A DNA stretch of 64,000 nucleotides, taken from NCBI GenBank assembly GCA_963677485.1, contig OY781964.1, positions 4,800,001 to 4,864,000 of the forward strand. Direction: 5' to 3'. Origin of the DNA: Armatimonadota bacterium. GTDB lineage: Bacteria > Armatimonadota > HRBIN16. Made by a program: the position numbers and the translations under genes. The notes beneath the pieces are model-generated. The model ran no database searches. It was not told the origin of the DNA and saw nothing but the letters and a program-made list of their open reading frames with translations. This document shows positions 1 through 10,376 of the stretch, piece after piece. Each line of letters opens with the position of its first letter. Position 1 is the stretch's first letter.

Positions 1-744
1 GACATGCGCAAAATGATGGACGAGAACGCTTCAGGCGAAGCTCTAGCCGCAATGGCTACCATGCTCCGCAAGGTAGAAGACCTGCACGAAGAGAACCCAA
101 TGCTTGGTCTGCGCGGCGTGCGCCTTTCCATCTACTTCCCAGGCATCGTGAAGATGCAGGTTGCCGCCATCATCGGAGCCGCTTGCCAGGTGAAGAAGCA
201 GGGAATCGACGTACATCCTGAAATCATGATCCCGTTGGTCGCCACCGTCACCGAGCTGAGCTACATCAAGAAGCAGCTTGTGGAAGTGGCTGAAGCAACC
301 ATGAAGGCCGAAGGCATCACGGTTGACTACAAGTTCGGCACCATGATTGAGATTCCTCGAGCTGCCCTGACCGCTGACGAGATCGCTGTAGAGGCTGAGT
401 TCTTCAGCTTCGGCACCAACGACCTCACTCAGATGGCCTATGGCTTGAGCCGTGATGACGCCGGCAAGTTCCTACCGCTCTACATCGAGCAGAAAATCCT
501 CAAGAACGACCCCACCGAATCCATCGACACCAAGGGTGTGGGCCGCTTGATGAAAATCTGTGTAGATGATGCTAAGGCCGTGAACCCCAAGATCAAACTG
601 GGTATCTGCGGCGAGCATGGTGGTGATCCCGCATCGGTGATGTTCTGTCACTCGATCGGCCTCACCTACGTGAGCTGCTCACCCAAGCGCCTGCCCGTGG
701 CACGTTTGGCTGCTGCTCAGGCCGCTCTTAGCGACAAAAAGTAA
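1..744 (+). CDS. ppdK: Pyruvate phosphate dikinase, C-terminal part (5' end lies outside the window)
   Basis: ENPMLGLRGVRL, GTMIEIPRAAL, FFSFGTNDLTQ and GICGEHGGDP motifs of the PPDK PEP-binding barrel. Confidence 0.95.
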   Translation, partial: DMRKMMDENASGEALAAMATMLRKVEDLHEENPMLGLRGVRLSIYFPGIVKMQVAAIIGAACQVKKQGIDVHPEIMIPLVATVTELSYIKKQLVEVAEATMKAEGITVDYKFGTMIEIPRAALTADEIAVEAEFFSFGTNDLTQMAYGLSRDDAGKFLPLYIEQKILKNDPTESIDTKGVGRLMKICVDDAKAVNPKIKLGICGEHGGDPASVMFCHSIGLTYVSCSPKRLPVARLAAAQAALSDKK

Positions 745-779
745 GGGTGCCGGGTAACCCCGGTTGTCCCCTATCGCGC

Positions 780-811
780 CCCTCGCCTCCTTCAAGGAGG
801 CGAGGGTTTTT
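780..811 (+). terminator. Rho-independent terminator after ppdK
   Basis: ccctcgcctcc-ttcaa-ggaggcgaggg perfect 11-bp stem followed by ttttt. Confidence 0.9.
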
Positions 812-895
812 GCATGTTGGGGTGTTGCTGCCAGAAGGTAATCGTAACTATGGTGTAGAACCTAACAATAGTTACTACTATTTTCGTGGGATGAC

Positions 896-3823
896 ATGCA
901 CCACAAGTTGATCGCAATCATTGCAATCGCGCTCTTATCATCATCTAGTTTCGCTGCACCAATGCTGTCGAACGGCGGATTTGAGGAATCATCTCCCAGT
1001 GCTGCCCTAACCGGCTGGAACTGGTCGACATCAGCAGATAACACCTGCGAGGTCAGCACCTACCAGCCCCACTCCGGAAAGCAGTGTCTCAAGCTGACCA
1101 GCCGCTCCTTCATCACCCCGTTCAAATATGGACGCTTAGTTCAAAATGTGCCAGTGATCCCCTCTTCCGAATATGAACTGAGCTTCTGGGTAGCGGGCGA
1201 TACGGTTGGCTCCGGCAATCACCTGACCGACTGGGGTACCTACATCGTGAATGTGCCCGACAGCAGCTATGCGTGGCGTCGAGTCAGCATCCGATTCTCG
1301 ACAAAGACTAATCAAACCTTAGTCCCAATTGGACTGAACCTGGTCAACACCGCTAAGGCACTCTATATTGATGACATTAAACTAGTGGCTGTTGGTACGG
1401 CTGTGGTGGCCGATGGGGTGAGGACGAATATCACCGCTCCCGCTGACTACCTGGCCAACGGCGCGCCACTGTCTGGAGCGATCAGTTACGAAGCATCTTC
1501 AGGCAAGTCATTCAATGTCCATCTGGAAGTCACGGGTCGTGCGGGTAAAGTCTACGATACTCAGGTCAGCGTCATCAGCGGTGACGGCACACTGCCCATC
1601 TCGCTGAAGGTACCTAACGATACCTCTTCCACACTCTTGCTAAAATACAGCTTGTCCACCTCTGACGGTGTCCGAAAACAGAGCATCACCAAGCAGATTC
1701 GCGTGCTGAGCGCGGCTAGCATCCTGACGCAGCTCACAGCTCTATCGAAGGAGGCAACCCGCCTGAAGCGGCTCCTGGCCGTGTGCCAGGCAAAAAAGTT
1801 GCGATGTGACTACCCATTGGCCACAAGCACTATGCTGAGCCAGTTCATGCCGTTTGTGAAGGCAGATGTGAAGGCTGGTGAATTCGTTAGGGCACAGCAG
1901 AATGTTACCGATATGCGCCAGTGTGCTGCTAAAGCCATCAAGGAATTGACAGATGCACAAGCCCACCCATCATTGGCGCCGGTCGTTATGAGATATCAGT
2001 CCAGCCCCATATCGATCAAGAACGGTGCTTTTGAAGCGACTAGGGTAGATTCTTTAGGCAAAGTATCGAAAGGACCAGTTTTCTTCAACGGCTACGGTCA
2101 CTTCGCTCAGCTTCGAAGAGACCTCGATAAGTTTCCTAAATACGGCATCAACATCATCCAAGTTGAGATCGGCCCCAATGCGGTACTGACCGGGGAGAAC
2201 AAAATCTCATATGAGAATATCAAGGAGCTGCAGGGGCTGCTTGACCGCGCCGCCGCCCGTAACATCGCGGTCAATGTGCTGATCTCACCCCACTACTTCC
2301 CAGACTGGGCGATCAAGAAGTGGCCTCACCTGACGCTGGGAAGAGGTGGGTTCCTTGGTTATACGCCCGATGAGCCTGAAGCAAAGCAGGTTCAAGCACA
2401 GTTTCTTAAAATACTCATTCCTTCTATCGCCAACAAACCAGCGCTGCATAGTATCTGTCTGAGCAACGAGCCTGTGCTTGACAATGTGATGCAAGCTCGC
2501 AATACGCCGGAGTTGTGGCACGCTTACCTTCAGCGCAAGTACGGCACAGTGTCAGCTTACAACAGCGTCGCGAAGGGAACCTACACCAGTTTCGATTCCG
2601 TTCCTTTGCCCGATATGTCGGATCGGCAGAGCCAGGGATACGCCGAATACTGCTTGTTCAATCAACAGCGATTTGCGGCCTGGCATCAGTTCCTGGCGGA
2701 TGAGATCCACAAGATCGCACCGAAAATCCCTGTCCACGCCAAACTGATGATCTGGACTTTCCAGCAGCGTGAAACAGCCCCATGGGGTTCAGACCCGGAG
2801 CTGTTCAGCCGGTTTTCCGACATCAACGGCAATGACTGTATCTTTTGGCAGGACACAGATGACCAGTGGATCAGCCAATGGATGGGGCAGACCATAGGTT
2901 ACGACCTTCAGCGTGCCTTCAAGCCTGTGCCAGTATTCAACAGCGAAAATCACATCACCGTCGACCGTTCGACCAACTATGTTAGTCCGATCCACTACCG
3001 CTCTGTGCTTTGGCAAGGTGCTATTCATGGCCAGGGTGCCACCACAATATGGGTATGGGAGCGCGGGCAGGACAAGAAGAGCGACTTCTATGGTAATGTG
3101 ATGGATCGTCCTGGGTGTGTGGACTCCACCAGCCGCACCGCCCTTGACCTGATGCGTTGCGCTGATCAAGTGGCTGCCCTCCAGCGTGAACCCGCGAAAG
3201 TGGCGATCGTCTACTCCGTCGCGAGTGCCATCAACAGTCCTGATCATATCAACAGCCTGACCGCCATCTACCAGTCGCTGCTTTTCAGTGGGTTGCGGGT
3301 CAGTTTTATCAGTGACCGCCAGCTAAGCGAAGGCCAGGGCAAGCAGTACAAGATGATCATCCTACCCAATACCACGCGGTTGCCTATTAAAGCCATGGAG
3401 ACTCTCGAAAACTTGGTCACCACCACCCAACTAGTGGTTCTCGGTGACAAGCCGGTCCACGACCAACTAGGAAATCCGCTTCCTGCCACTCTGGTTGGTA
3501 CCTCATGGATGCACATCGACAACGGACAGACACCTCAACAGATCCGAGACACTCTTCGACCCATACTGTCTGGTTTGAAGGTTTTGCCGACCATTCAACC
3601 GATGGACACCGTCGGCAAGCATGCTGTTTGGGGTGTTGAGTGGCTCACGACAAAGTCGGGCGGAAAGAGATACGTAAACATCGTTAACTGGACTCCAAAA
3701 CCTGTCAAGCTAAATATGAGGCAAGACGGTAAAGCGGTCAAACTACGTGTGATAGCACCATTGGGTGCCAGCACCACCGAACTCACCCCAGGACAACCCA
3801 TCCTGGCAGAGATACTACCATGA
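896..3823 (+). CDS. Secreted GH42-like (clan GH-A) glycoside hydrolase with N-terminal CBM4/9-like module
   Basis: Signal peptide; LSNGGFE CBM start; LSNEP acid/base motif; FNSENH candidate nucleophile; KVAIVYS trimerisation-like domain. Confidence 0.75.
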   Translation: MHHKLIAIIAIALLSSSSFAAPMLSNGGFEESSPSAALTGWNWSTSADNTCEVSTYQPHSGKQCLKLTSRSFITPFKYGRLVQNVPVIPSSEYELSFWVAGDTVGSGNHLTDWGTYIVNVPDSSYAWRRVSIRFSTKTNQTLVPIGLNLVNTAKALYIDDIKLVAVGTAVVADGVRTNITAPADYLANGAPLSGAISYEASSGKSFNVHLEVTGRAGKVYDTQVSVISGDGTLPISLKVPNDTSSTLLLKYSLSTSDGVRKQSITKQIRVLSAASILTQLTALSKEATRLKRLLAVCQAKKLRCDYPLATSTMLSQFMPFVKADVKAGEFVRAQQNVTDMRQCAAKAIKELTDAQAHPSLAPVVMRYQSSPISIKNGAFEATRVDSLGKVSKGPVFFNGYGHFAQLRRDLDKFPKYGINIIQVEIGPNAVLTGENKISYENIKELQGLLDRAAARNIAVNVLISPHYFPDWAIKKWPHLTLGRGGFLGYTPDEPEAKQVQAQFLKILIPSIANKPALHSICLSNEPVLDNVMQARNTPELWHAYLQRKYGTVSAYNSVAKGTYTSFDSVPLPDMSDRQSQGYAEYCLFNQQRFAAWHQFLADEIHKIAPKIPVHAKLMIWTFQQRETAPWGSDPELFSRFSDINGNDCIFWQDTDDQWISQWMGQTIGYDLQRAFKPVPVFNSENHITVDRSTNYVSPIHYRSVLWQGAIHGQGATTIWVWERGQDKKSDFYGNVMDRPGCVDSTSRTALDLMRCADQVAALQREPAKVAIVYSVASAINSPDHINSLTAIYQSLLFSGLRVSFISDRQLSEGQGKQYKMIILPNTTRLPIKAMETLENLVTTTQLVVLGDKPVHDQLGNPLPATLVGTSWMHIDNGQTPQQIRDTLRPILSGLKVLPTIQPMDTVGKHAVWGVEWLTTKSGGKRYVNIVNWTPKPVKLNMRQDGKAVKLRVIAPLGASTTELTPGQPILAEILP

Positions 3824-3863
3824 TTTCGGGGTATCGTCACACTTTAACTGGAGAACAGAATCA

Positions 3864-5528
3864 ATGAAACAAATGAAGACGGTGTTAGTGATATCCCTCA
3901 TACTATCAGCATTTGCCATTCCGGTATTACCGGCCCATGCCGCATTCCGGCCTGACGCCAACAAAAAGAAGTTCATCGCCAGCGGCTGGCACATACCTGC
4001 CGCAAGCTACATCCGAGAGCATGTCGCTGATATGGAGAAGCTGCCGTTTGATGGACTTATCATCGGCACATTCTATCCATACTGGCAGAACATGCGTGAC
4101 CAGCATGAAGAGCTCGCCAAGTTCGTAGCCGATATGAAGGCCACTCACTTTGTGAAGTTCACTGACAACTTCATCGGTGTGGAGTCAGGGAATGATGGCG
4201 CATTTGACTGGTTCGATGACGCCCGCTGTCGGCAGCTTGTTGACAACTGGCGCACCCTGGCTAGAGCTGCGAAACAGGCGGGCATGAAAGGATTGAAGAT
4301 CGATCCCGAGTGTTATGAAGGGCCCTCACTGTATAACTATGAGACTTTGATGCACCGGTCTACAAAAACGCCGGAGGAGTATTCGGCGAAGGTGGAAAAA
4401 GTGGCGTCACAGATCATGGTGGCGATCAATGAAGAGTATCCTGACATCACATTGATGTATTACTTCGGACCATCTGTGGTGGGCTACCCGCGCAACCTAA
4501 AAGGCTGGTGCGGCATGATGCCTGCCTTTGTGGACGGCATGATCAAACATGCTAAGAAAGGCTTCAAGATCATCGATGGGTTTGAGCAGGCCTACGGGTA
4601 TCGCACCGAAAAACAATATGCTGAGGCGCGTCAGAAGATGGTTGACACTGCGAAACACAGTGCTTATCTATCAGCCTATCGGAAACATGTGCAGGTGGGA
4701 TTCTCCTATTGGCCAGATCAGATGGCAGGCAATCCGACCATAGGCCGCAAATCATTCGACGCCAAAGAGATATCCAACAACTACTATCTGCCCGATGAAG
4801 TCGCGTATGCAGCGAACAACTCACTGCGATATGCCGATGAGTATGTATGGATGTGGGCTGAATCGTTGGACGTATGGAACAACGCCATGATGATCTATGA
4901 TCAAAAAGGTGCGATGCATTACGAACCAGTACCCGCCGCATACATCGATGCCTTGCGTCGGGCCAGAACGGGGATAGTGCCCAAACCACCCAAGCGTCCC
5001 TTTACTGGAGCGGTGACCGTCACAGTGAAGGATCTGGGCGAAACGGATGATGCCGTGGTATTTGGAGACCTCTGGGGCAAATACTCTGAAATAGCCGATC
5101 TCCCGCTGACATGGAAATTCATGCCTGATGAAGACAACAAGGGCCAAAAGGCTGGATTCTTCCGAGCGGACTACGATGACACTCAATGGAAAGATATCCG
5201 GATCGGCGACATATGGGATCAGCAGGGTCATCCGGAGCTCATAGGGTATGGCTGGTACCGTGTGCATTACACAGCTCCTGTACTCAACACCAAATCCACA
5301 CTATATCTGGCGTTTGGAGCCATTGATGAGAGTGCCTGGGTGTATGTGAATGGCAAACTGGCCGGCGTTCATGACATCGACCCAGATGCCGGCTTTAAGG
5401 AGCGGTTCCTGATCAATGTCTCGAAATTCATGAAGCCTGGTCAGGTCAACACAATAGCGGTCAAGGTCAAAAACACCACAGGTGCCGGCGGCATCTGGCG
5501 TAGTGTGAAGTTGATCACCACAAAATAG
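3864..5528 (+). CDS. Secreted protein: uncharacterised N-terminal catalytic-like domain plus GH2-type sugar-binding (galactose-binding) domain
   Basis: Start moved to ATG 3864 (ggaga upstream, signal peptide follows); C-terminal WKF...GYGWYR...FGAIDESAWVYVNG...NTIAVKV...GGIWRSV is the GH2 N-terminal jelly roll. Confidence 0.7.
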   Translation: MKQMKTVLVISLILSAFAIPVLPAHAAFRPDANKKKFIASGWHIPAASYIREHVADMEKLPFDGLIIGTFYPYWQNMRDQHEELAKFVADMKATHFVKFTDNFIGVESGNDGAFDWFDDARCRQLVDNWRTLARAAKQAGMKGLKIDPECYEGPSLYNYETLMHRSTKTPEEYSAKVEKVASQIMVAINEEYPDITLMYYFGPSVVGYPRNLKGWCGMMPAFVDGMIKHAKKGFKIIDGFEQAYGYRTEKQYAEARQKMVDTAKHSAYLSAYRKHVQVGFSYWPDQMAGNPTIGRKSFDAKEISNNYYLPDEVAYAANNSLRYADEYVWMWAESLDVWNNAMMIYDQKGAMHYEPVPAAYIDALRRARTGIVPKPPKRPFTGAVTVTVKDLGETDDAVVFGDLWGKYSEIADLPLTWKFMPDEDNKGQKAGFFRADYDDTQWKDIRIGDIWDQQGHPELIGYGWYRVHYTAPVLNTKSTLYLAFGAIDESAWVYVNGKLAGVHDIDPDAGFKERFLINVSKFMKPGQVNTIAVKVKNTTGAGGIWRSVKLITTK

Positions 5529-5560
5529 GGTCTGCTCACGTTAATAAGTCGGAGGACAGT

Positions 5561-7564
5561 ATGAAAAAACTGATATCTATATTTGCTTTAGTTACAGCTA
5601 TATGCAGCATTTCGAGTGCCGATACCTACACATATAGCCAACTCATCGATCGGTTGACTAACCTGGAAACACTGGCTACACTTCCGCAGGATGGTGAGAA
5701 ATGCGCTCAGTGGAGCAGTTGGGACCGGGACAGTAAGTATGATGCCACCACAGGTAAATATGTAGCCTGGGATGCGAATGGTGACAACGCTGGCATCATT
5801 CGAACTGAAGGCGATCTGCTGGTTCTCGGGGAGATCACGGGCCCGGGAGTGATCTGGCGGACATGGTCAGCAGCACCGACAGACGGCCGTGTGATGATCT
5901 ACCTTGATGGCTCCAGTACGCCTGCCATCGACATGCCGTTCAAAGACTATTTCAATTCCGGGCGTCTGCCTTTCAACTACCCGGGGCTTGTTCATGAGGT
6001 GTCTCAGGGATGGAACAACTACATTCCAATCCCATTCGCTAAGTCCTGCAAGATCGTGGCTGAGAAGAACTGGGGCAACTACTACCACTTTACTTACACC
6101 AGCTATCCAGCAGGCACTGTGCTGCCGACCTTCAGTATGGACTTACTGCGTCAAAATAGAACGCAGCTCAAACAGGCTGACCTTGCGCTCAGAGCCAATC
6201 GGGGTGATGATCCTGCCGGTGTGCGGCCGGGATCCGTCACGAAGAACCTGAACATCAACCTGCCATCGAAGAAGAGTGTCACTGCCTTACGGCTCACTGG
6301 CCCACAGGCCATCACAGCCATCAAAATGGGAACACAGCTTACGGCGCAGCAGCTCCGGCAAGTCGTCATGCGCATCAAGTGGGATGGTGAAGCCTCCCCC
6401 AGCGTCTGGTGCCCCATTGGCGACTTCTTCGGCAGTGCGCCGGGGGTTAACACATACCGGTCGTTACCGCTGGGTGTCACAGATGACGAGATGTATTGTT
6501 ACTGGTACATGCCTTTCGACAAGAGCGCGGTCATCGAGTTCTCCAATGACGGTAAAGGCGCGGTTCCGCTGTCACTTAGTTTCACCACGGCTCCACTTCG
6601 ACAGGGTGCGCAGAATCTGGCCAGGTTCCACGCTAAATGGCACCGCGACGCCTTTCTGCCATCAGAACCCGAACGGCAGATCGACTGGCCAATCTTGAAG
6701 ACCACTGGCTCAGGCCGATTTGTAGGAGTGGCTTTGAATATCTACAACCCTGGCGGGGGCTGGTGGGGTGAAGGCGACGAGAAATTCTGGGTCGACGGCG
6801 AGAAGTTTCCTTCCACTATCGGCACCGGCTCAGAGGACTATTTCGGGTATGCCTGGTGCAATCCCGCACTGTTCCAGCATGCCTATCACAACCAGACCCT
6901 CAATCAAAACTCCAATGCCGGTAATGTTTCGGTCAATCGCTGGCAGATCACAGACAATGTGCCCTTCCTGACGCAGTTTGAAGCGGACATCGAAAAGTAT
7001 TTTCCGAACAGCAACCCCACGCTCTATTCGAGTGTCGCTTACTGGTATCTATCGCCAAAAGGCGTTGATCCGTATGGGCCTACTTCGCTTGCTGATCGCA
7101 CTGGATATTACAAGTATGAGCCATATAAGGCACCCTGGGCAATTGAGGCCGAATCCATGCGTGTTGTGTCCGTCTCTGGAGGACAAACATCAGCACAGGC
7201 AATGGGTACTTTTGCAGGCAAATGGAGCAACGGTACCCAACTGTGGTGGACCGGAGCGAAGCCATCTGACAGCCTGGTGTTAGAGTTCAACGTAGCTCAG
7301 ACAGGGACATACCAGCTTGGCATCCAACTGGCAAAAGCGGTCGACTACGGCATAGTGGAGCTCTCACTGGACGGTAAGCCGCTTGGAGCTCCCATCGACC
7401 TTTATCACGAAGGAGTTATAGCCACTGGCCTGATCCCAATGGGTTCTCACAGGCTTGATAAGGGGAAACACCAGCTCACAGCGCGTATCGCAGGAGCGTC
7501 TGAAAAGGCCGTCAAAGGCTACATGGTTGGGCTGGACTACATCAGCTTGAAGCCAGTCAAATAA
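5561..7564 (+). CDS. DUF2961 / GH172-family glycoside hydrolase with C-terminal CBM-like domain
   Basis: Signal peptide; GPGVIWRTW, PIGDFFG, WWGEGDEKFWVDGE, GTGSEDYFG motifs; RBS ggagg. Confidence 0.85.
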   Translation: MKKLISIFALVTAICSISSADTYTYSQLIDRLTNLETLATLPQDGEKCAQWSSWDRDSKYDATTGKYVAWDANGDNAGIIRTEGDLLVLGEITGPGVIWRTWSAAPTDGRVMIYLDGSSTPAIDMPFKDYFNSGRLPFNYPGLVHEVSQGWNNYIPIPFAKSCKIVAEKNWGNYYHFTYTSYPAGTVLPTFSMDLLRQNRTQLKQADLALRANRGDDPAGVRPGSVTKNLNINLPSKKSVTALRLTGPQAITAIKMGTQLTAQQLRQVVMRIKWDGEASPSVWCPIGDFFGSAPGVNTYRSLPLGVTDDEMYCYWYMPFDKSAVIEFSNDGKGAVPLSLSFTTAPLRQGAQNLARFHAKWHRDAFLPSEPERQIDWPILKTTGSGRFVGVALNIYNPGGGWWGEGDEKFWVDGEKFPSTIGTGSEDYFGYAWCNPALFQHAYHNQTLNQNSNAGNVSVNRWQITDNVPFLTQFEADIEKYFPNSNPTLYSSVAYWYLSPKGVDPYGPTSLADRTGYYKYEPYKAPWAIEAESMRVVSVSGGQTSAQAMGTFAGKWSNGTQLWWTGAKPSDSLVLEFNVAQTGTYQLGIQLAKAVDYGIVELSLDGKPLGAPIDLYHEGVIATGLIPMGSHRLDKGKHQLTARIAGASEKAVKGYMVGLDYISLKPVK

Positions 7565-7596
7565 ATCGCAGTTAAAGTTAGGTAAGGCAAGGAATC

Positions 7597-9654
7597 ATGG
7601 ATTATCAATCGCACCGCGAACCGGTCTCGGACTTCTCTTTTGTGCATATATCGGATGAGCATATCTATCATGATGGTTCTCAACAAGCCATAGTGGAGAT
7701 CGGTCAGCTCAAGCGAGTCGAGCTGCAGCCGTATGGAACCATCGCGGAGAAGCCGGAGTTCGTCATCGACACCGGTGACTGCACGGAATTCGGCGTCAAA
7801 GCCGGCGCGTATGAAACCATATGCGGGTTCTATCGCAACGCAGGTATCCCCCACTATCTGGCCGTGGGAAACCATGACCAAACCTGGGGGGCGCTATCCT
7901 ACGAGATGCGAAAAGAGCACGGTGGGACCTACTATTCATTTGACAGACATGGTGTGCATTTCGCGATCCTGGAATCCGCAAGTCTTCAAGACCCTCGGCC
8001 AGCGTTTAGTCCTGAAGAGCTGAGTTGGCTTCAGTCTGACCTTGAGAAGGTTGGGCCGGATGCTCCTGTGTTTCTGGCCTTCCATCATCCGCTGAACGGC
8101 TCGGAATTTGCCAGCAGTTATGAGGTGGACCGGCTTCTTGACGTCATTCAGCCTTACCATATCGTGCTCATGATGGTGGGCCATGGGCACACTGCAGAAC
8201 ACTCGGTTTTTGCGGGTATCGATATGGTTCAAGGAGGATCTCCTTGGGGTGGACAACCCGGCTATCAGCTTGTGTCTATTCAAAATGGTATGCTGCGGGT
8301 CGCGTATAAGCTGACCGGAACTCCTGCCGCAACCATCCCGATGCTGGAAAAGTCCCTATCCGCTCCAGCCACACATGTCCCTGACATATCAGTCATATCA
8401 CCGAAATCTGAAGAAACCGTAAGGGGCAAGTTCACGGTAGTTGCCCAGATTACTGGCGTTCCTGTGCTGAGTGCCGTGGTTGAAATTGACGGTGCCACCA
8501 AAGTCCAAATGTCACCATCCGTAAGTGGCAGGTATCAAGCCGATGTGGCGGCGACGTCCCTGGAGCCCGGAGCTCACACCCTAAGGTGCCTGTTCACAGG
8601 AGCAGATGGGGTGAGTTATCAGCATAGCAGCTGCTATTATACCCAATCTCCAGAGGTTGATGTGGTCTGGCGCACCAACCTGACGGCAGGCAGTAAAAGC
8701 ACCCTTGCAATCGCAAAAAGTCTCGTTCTGGTAGGCGACAACGCAGGTACACTGCATGCGCTGCAACAGCGTACTGGTACTGAGGCCTGGAGTTACAAAG
8801 CCGGCGGAGCCATCGTTGGTGAGCCGCTGGTCAACGGGCAAGCTGTCATCGTGGGCGATGACAATGGGGTGTTGAGCTCGATCTCCCTAGCCACAGGACG
8901 TCCGGTCTGGAAATATGACTGCGGCGACCCCATCTACTCAACACCAGTGACTGACGGACGTCTGGTGTTTTTCGGATGCCGCAGTGGGGCGTTTTATGGT
9001 GTCGATATCAACACAGGCAAGCCTGTATGGAAGAAGAACCATGCCACCTACTGTATCGAAGCCAAGCCATTCATATCGGGTGATCGGGTTATCTTCGGAG
9101 CCTGGGACTGCTATATCTATTGCCTGGACTGCCGAGATGGAGCCCTGATCTGGAAGTGCATGTGCAAAGGGAGTGCAGAGGGGATTGCACCGGCTTACTA
9201 CAGTGCCTCCGACGCTGGGCCTGTGCAATGCGGCAGCCGAGTTTTGGCCGCTGACCGAAAATACAGGCTGTCAGTCATTAACGCTCGCAATGGCGTGCTC
9301 GTAAAATCTCAAACGAGTGTGTCTGCCGTTTCATTATCCGCCGACAGCCGCACCGTGTATACGCGAGGTACCAACGGTAAACTAAGCAAGATTGATATCA
9401 ATGGCCTACCGGTCTGGTCAGTCGACGCCCCAACCGACTCTATCCCCGCTGCCCCTTGCGAAAAGGACGGAGTGGTGTATGTCGCCTCAGGCAAGGGGCT
9501 CGTTAGCGCCTTCAGCGCCTCAGCAGGGCGCCTGCTTTGGAGTTACCAGGCCACGCCACGGATGTATATGTTCGCAGGTGTAGGTGTTGATTCAGGCGTG
9601 GCATACGTGGTCGGCTCGGATGGGATGATCACCGCGCTTCGCCCGAGGCGATGA
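7597..9654 (+). CDS. Calcineurin-like metallophosphoesterase fused to PQQ-like (BamB-type) beta-propeller repeats
   Basis: HISDEH, TGD, GNHD, HHP, GHGH motifs; repeated A..TG..W propeller blades in the C-terminal half. Confidence 0.85.
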   Translation: MDYQSHREPVSDFSFVHISDEHIYHDGSQQAIVEIGQLKRVELQPYGTIAEKPEFVIDTGDCTEFGVKAGAYETICGFYRNAGIPHYLAVGNHDQTWGALSYEMRKEHGGTYYSFDRHGVHFAILESASLQDPRPAFSPEELSWLQSDLEKVGPDAPVFLAFHHPLNGSEFASSYEVDRLLDVIQPYHIVLMMVGHGHTAEHSVFAGIDMVQGGSPWGGQPGYQLVSIQNGMLRVAYKLTGTPAATIPMLEKSLSAPATHVPDISVISPKSEETVRGKFTVVAQITGVPVLSAVVEIDGATKVQMSPSVSGRYQADVAATSLEPGAHTLRCLFTGADGVSYQHSSCYYTQSPEVDVVWRTNLTAGSKSTLAIAKSLVLVGDNAGTLHALQQRTGTEAWSYKAGGAIVGEPLVNGQAVIVGDDNGVLSSISLATGRPVWKYDCGDPIYSTPVTDGRLVFFGCRSGAFYGVDINTGKPVWKKNHATYCIEAKPFISGDRVIFGAWDCYIYCLDCRDGALIWKCMCKGSAEGIAPAYYSASDAGPVQCGSRVLAADRKYRLSVINARNGVLVKSQTSVSAVSLSADSRTVYTRGTNGKLSKIDINGLPVWSVDAPTDSIPAAPCEKDGVVYVASGKGLVSAFSASAGRLLWSYQATPRMYMFAGVGVDSGVAYVVGSDGMITALRPRR

Positions 9655-9683
9655 ACGGGGTTCAACGGTGATGATCAGGGACC

Positions 9684-9742
9684 TAACGCAAAGGCGCAAG
9701 GATTTTAACGCAATGGCGCAAAGAGGCAAAGACGCAAAGGGA
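9684..9742 (+). repeat. Left arm of the inverted repeat around the GxxExxY gene (tandem cgcaaag-like units)
   Basis: taacgcaaaggcgcaaggattttaacgcaatggcgcaaagaggcaaagacgcaaaggga; 9703-9741 is the reverse complement of 10377-10415 at 35/39 positions. Confidence 0.9.
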
Positions 9743-9826
9743 TTTATAAATGGCTGTCTGATGATAAATCCCGATAATGTCAACGCGATGTGATACGAAT
9801 ATCGACATATCTAATCACGATGACCA

Positions 9827-10354
9827 CTATAATCCGTTCACAACTCTATGAATGCCGTGAGAGACATACTTCTCACCGAAATTGATAACTAATCCTAGTT
9901 TAAGCCCTGTTAGTCGCAGATATGTTAGTGTTTGCGCTTCGAAAATAGGGTTGTATGCTGCGACAGACTTGCATTCGATAATGACCTTGCCAGCTACAAC
10001 CATGTCGACACGAAGTGGTGACGACAGTATCTGCCCTTTATATGATATAGGGAGTGACATCTGTCGTTCTACATTAAGTCCCTGATGATGAAGCTCCCAC
10101 GCTAGTGCCTCTTCATATACGCTTTCTAGCAATCCCGGACCTCCAAGATTTCGATGGACCTCAATGGCGCATTTAACGATCAGCCGACTGATTACATTTT
10201 CAACATACTGAGCATCATAAGCACCATGACGATCACCTATCACTGTGTTTTCGTCAGGATCTATCGAAGTAATTCCATCATCGATACTGCGATTCTGTTC
10301 TTTTTCATTTTGATCGTGTCTATTCATATGTATTCTCACGCTCGAATCTGCCAT
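9827..10354 (-). CDS. GxxExxY protein (PD-(D/E)XK-like nuclease fold family)
   Basis: AIEVHRNLGGPGLLESVYEEAL, RVDMVV..KVIIECKSV, QTLTYLRLTG, GLVINFG; true start may lie downstream of the annotated one. Confidence 0.9.
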   Translation of the reverse strand: MADSSVRIHMNRHDQNEKEQNRSIDDGITSIDPDENTVIGDRHGAYDAQYVENVISRLIVKCAIEVHRNLGGPGLLESVYEEALAWELHHQGLNVERQMSLPISYKGQILSSPLRVDMVVAGKVIIECKSVAAYNPIFEAQTLTYLRLTGLKLGLVINFGEKYVSHGIHRVVNGL

Positions 10355-10376
10355 CGCCAGCCACTTTCATTACTCC

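Noticed and set aside
9684-9742. Possible CRISPR mini-array
   Set aside because: Units are 8-9 nt with no unique spacers and no cas genes; better explained as one arm of an inverted repeat
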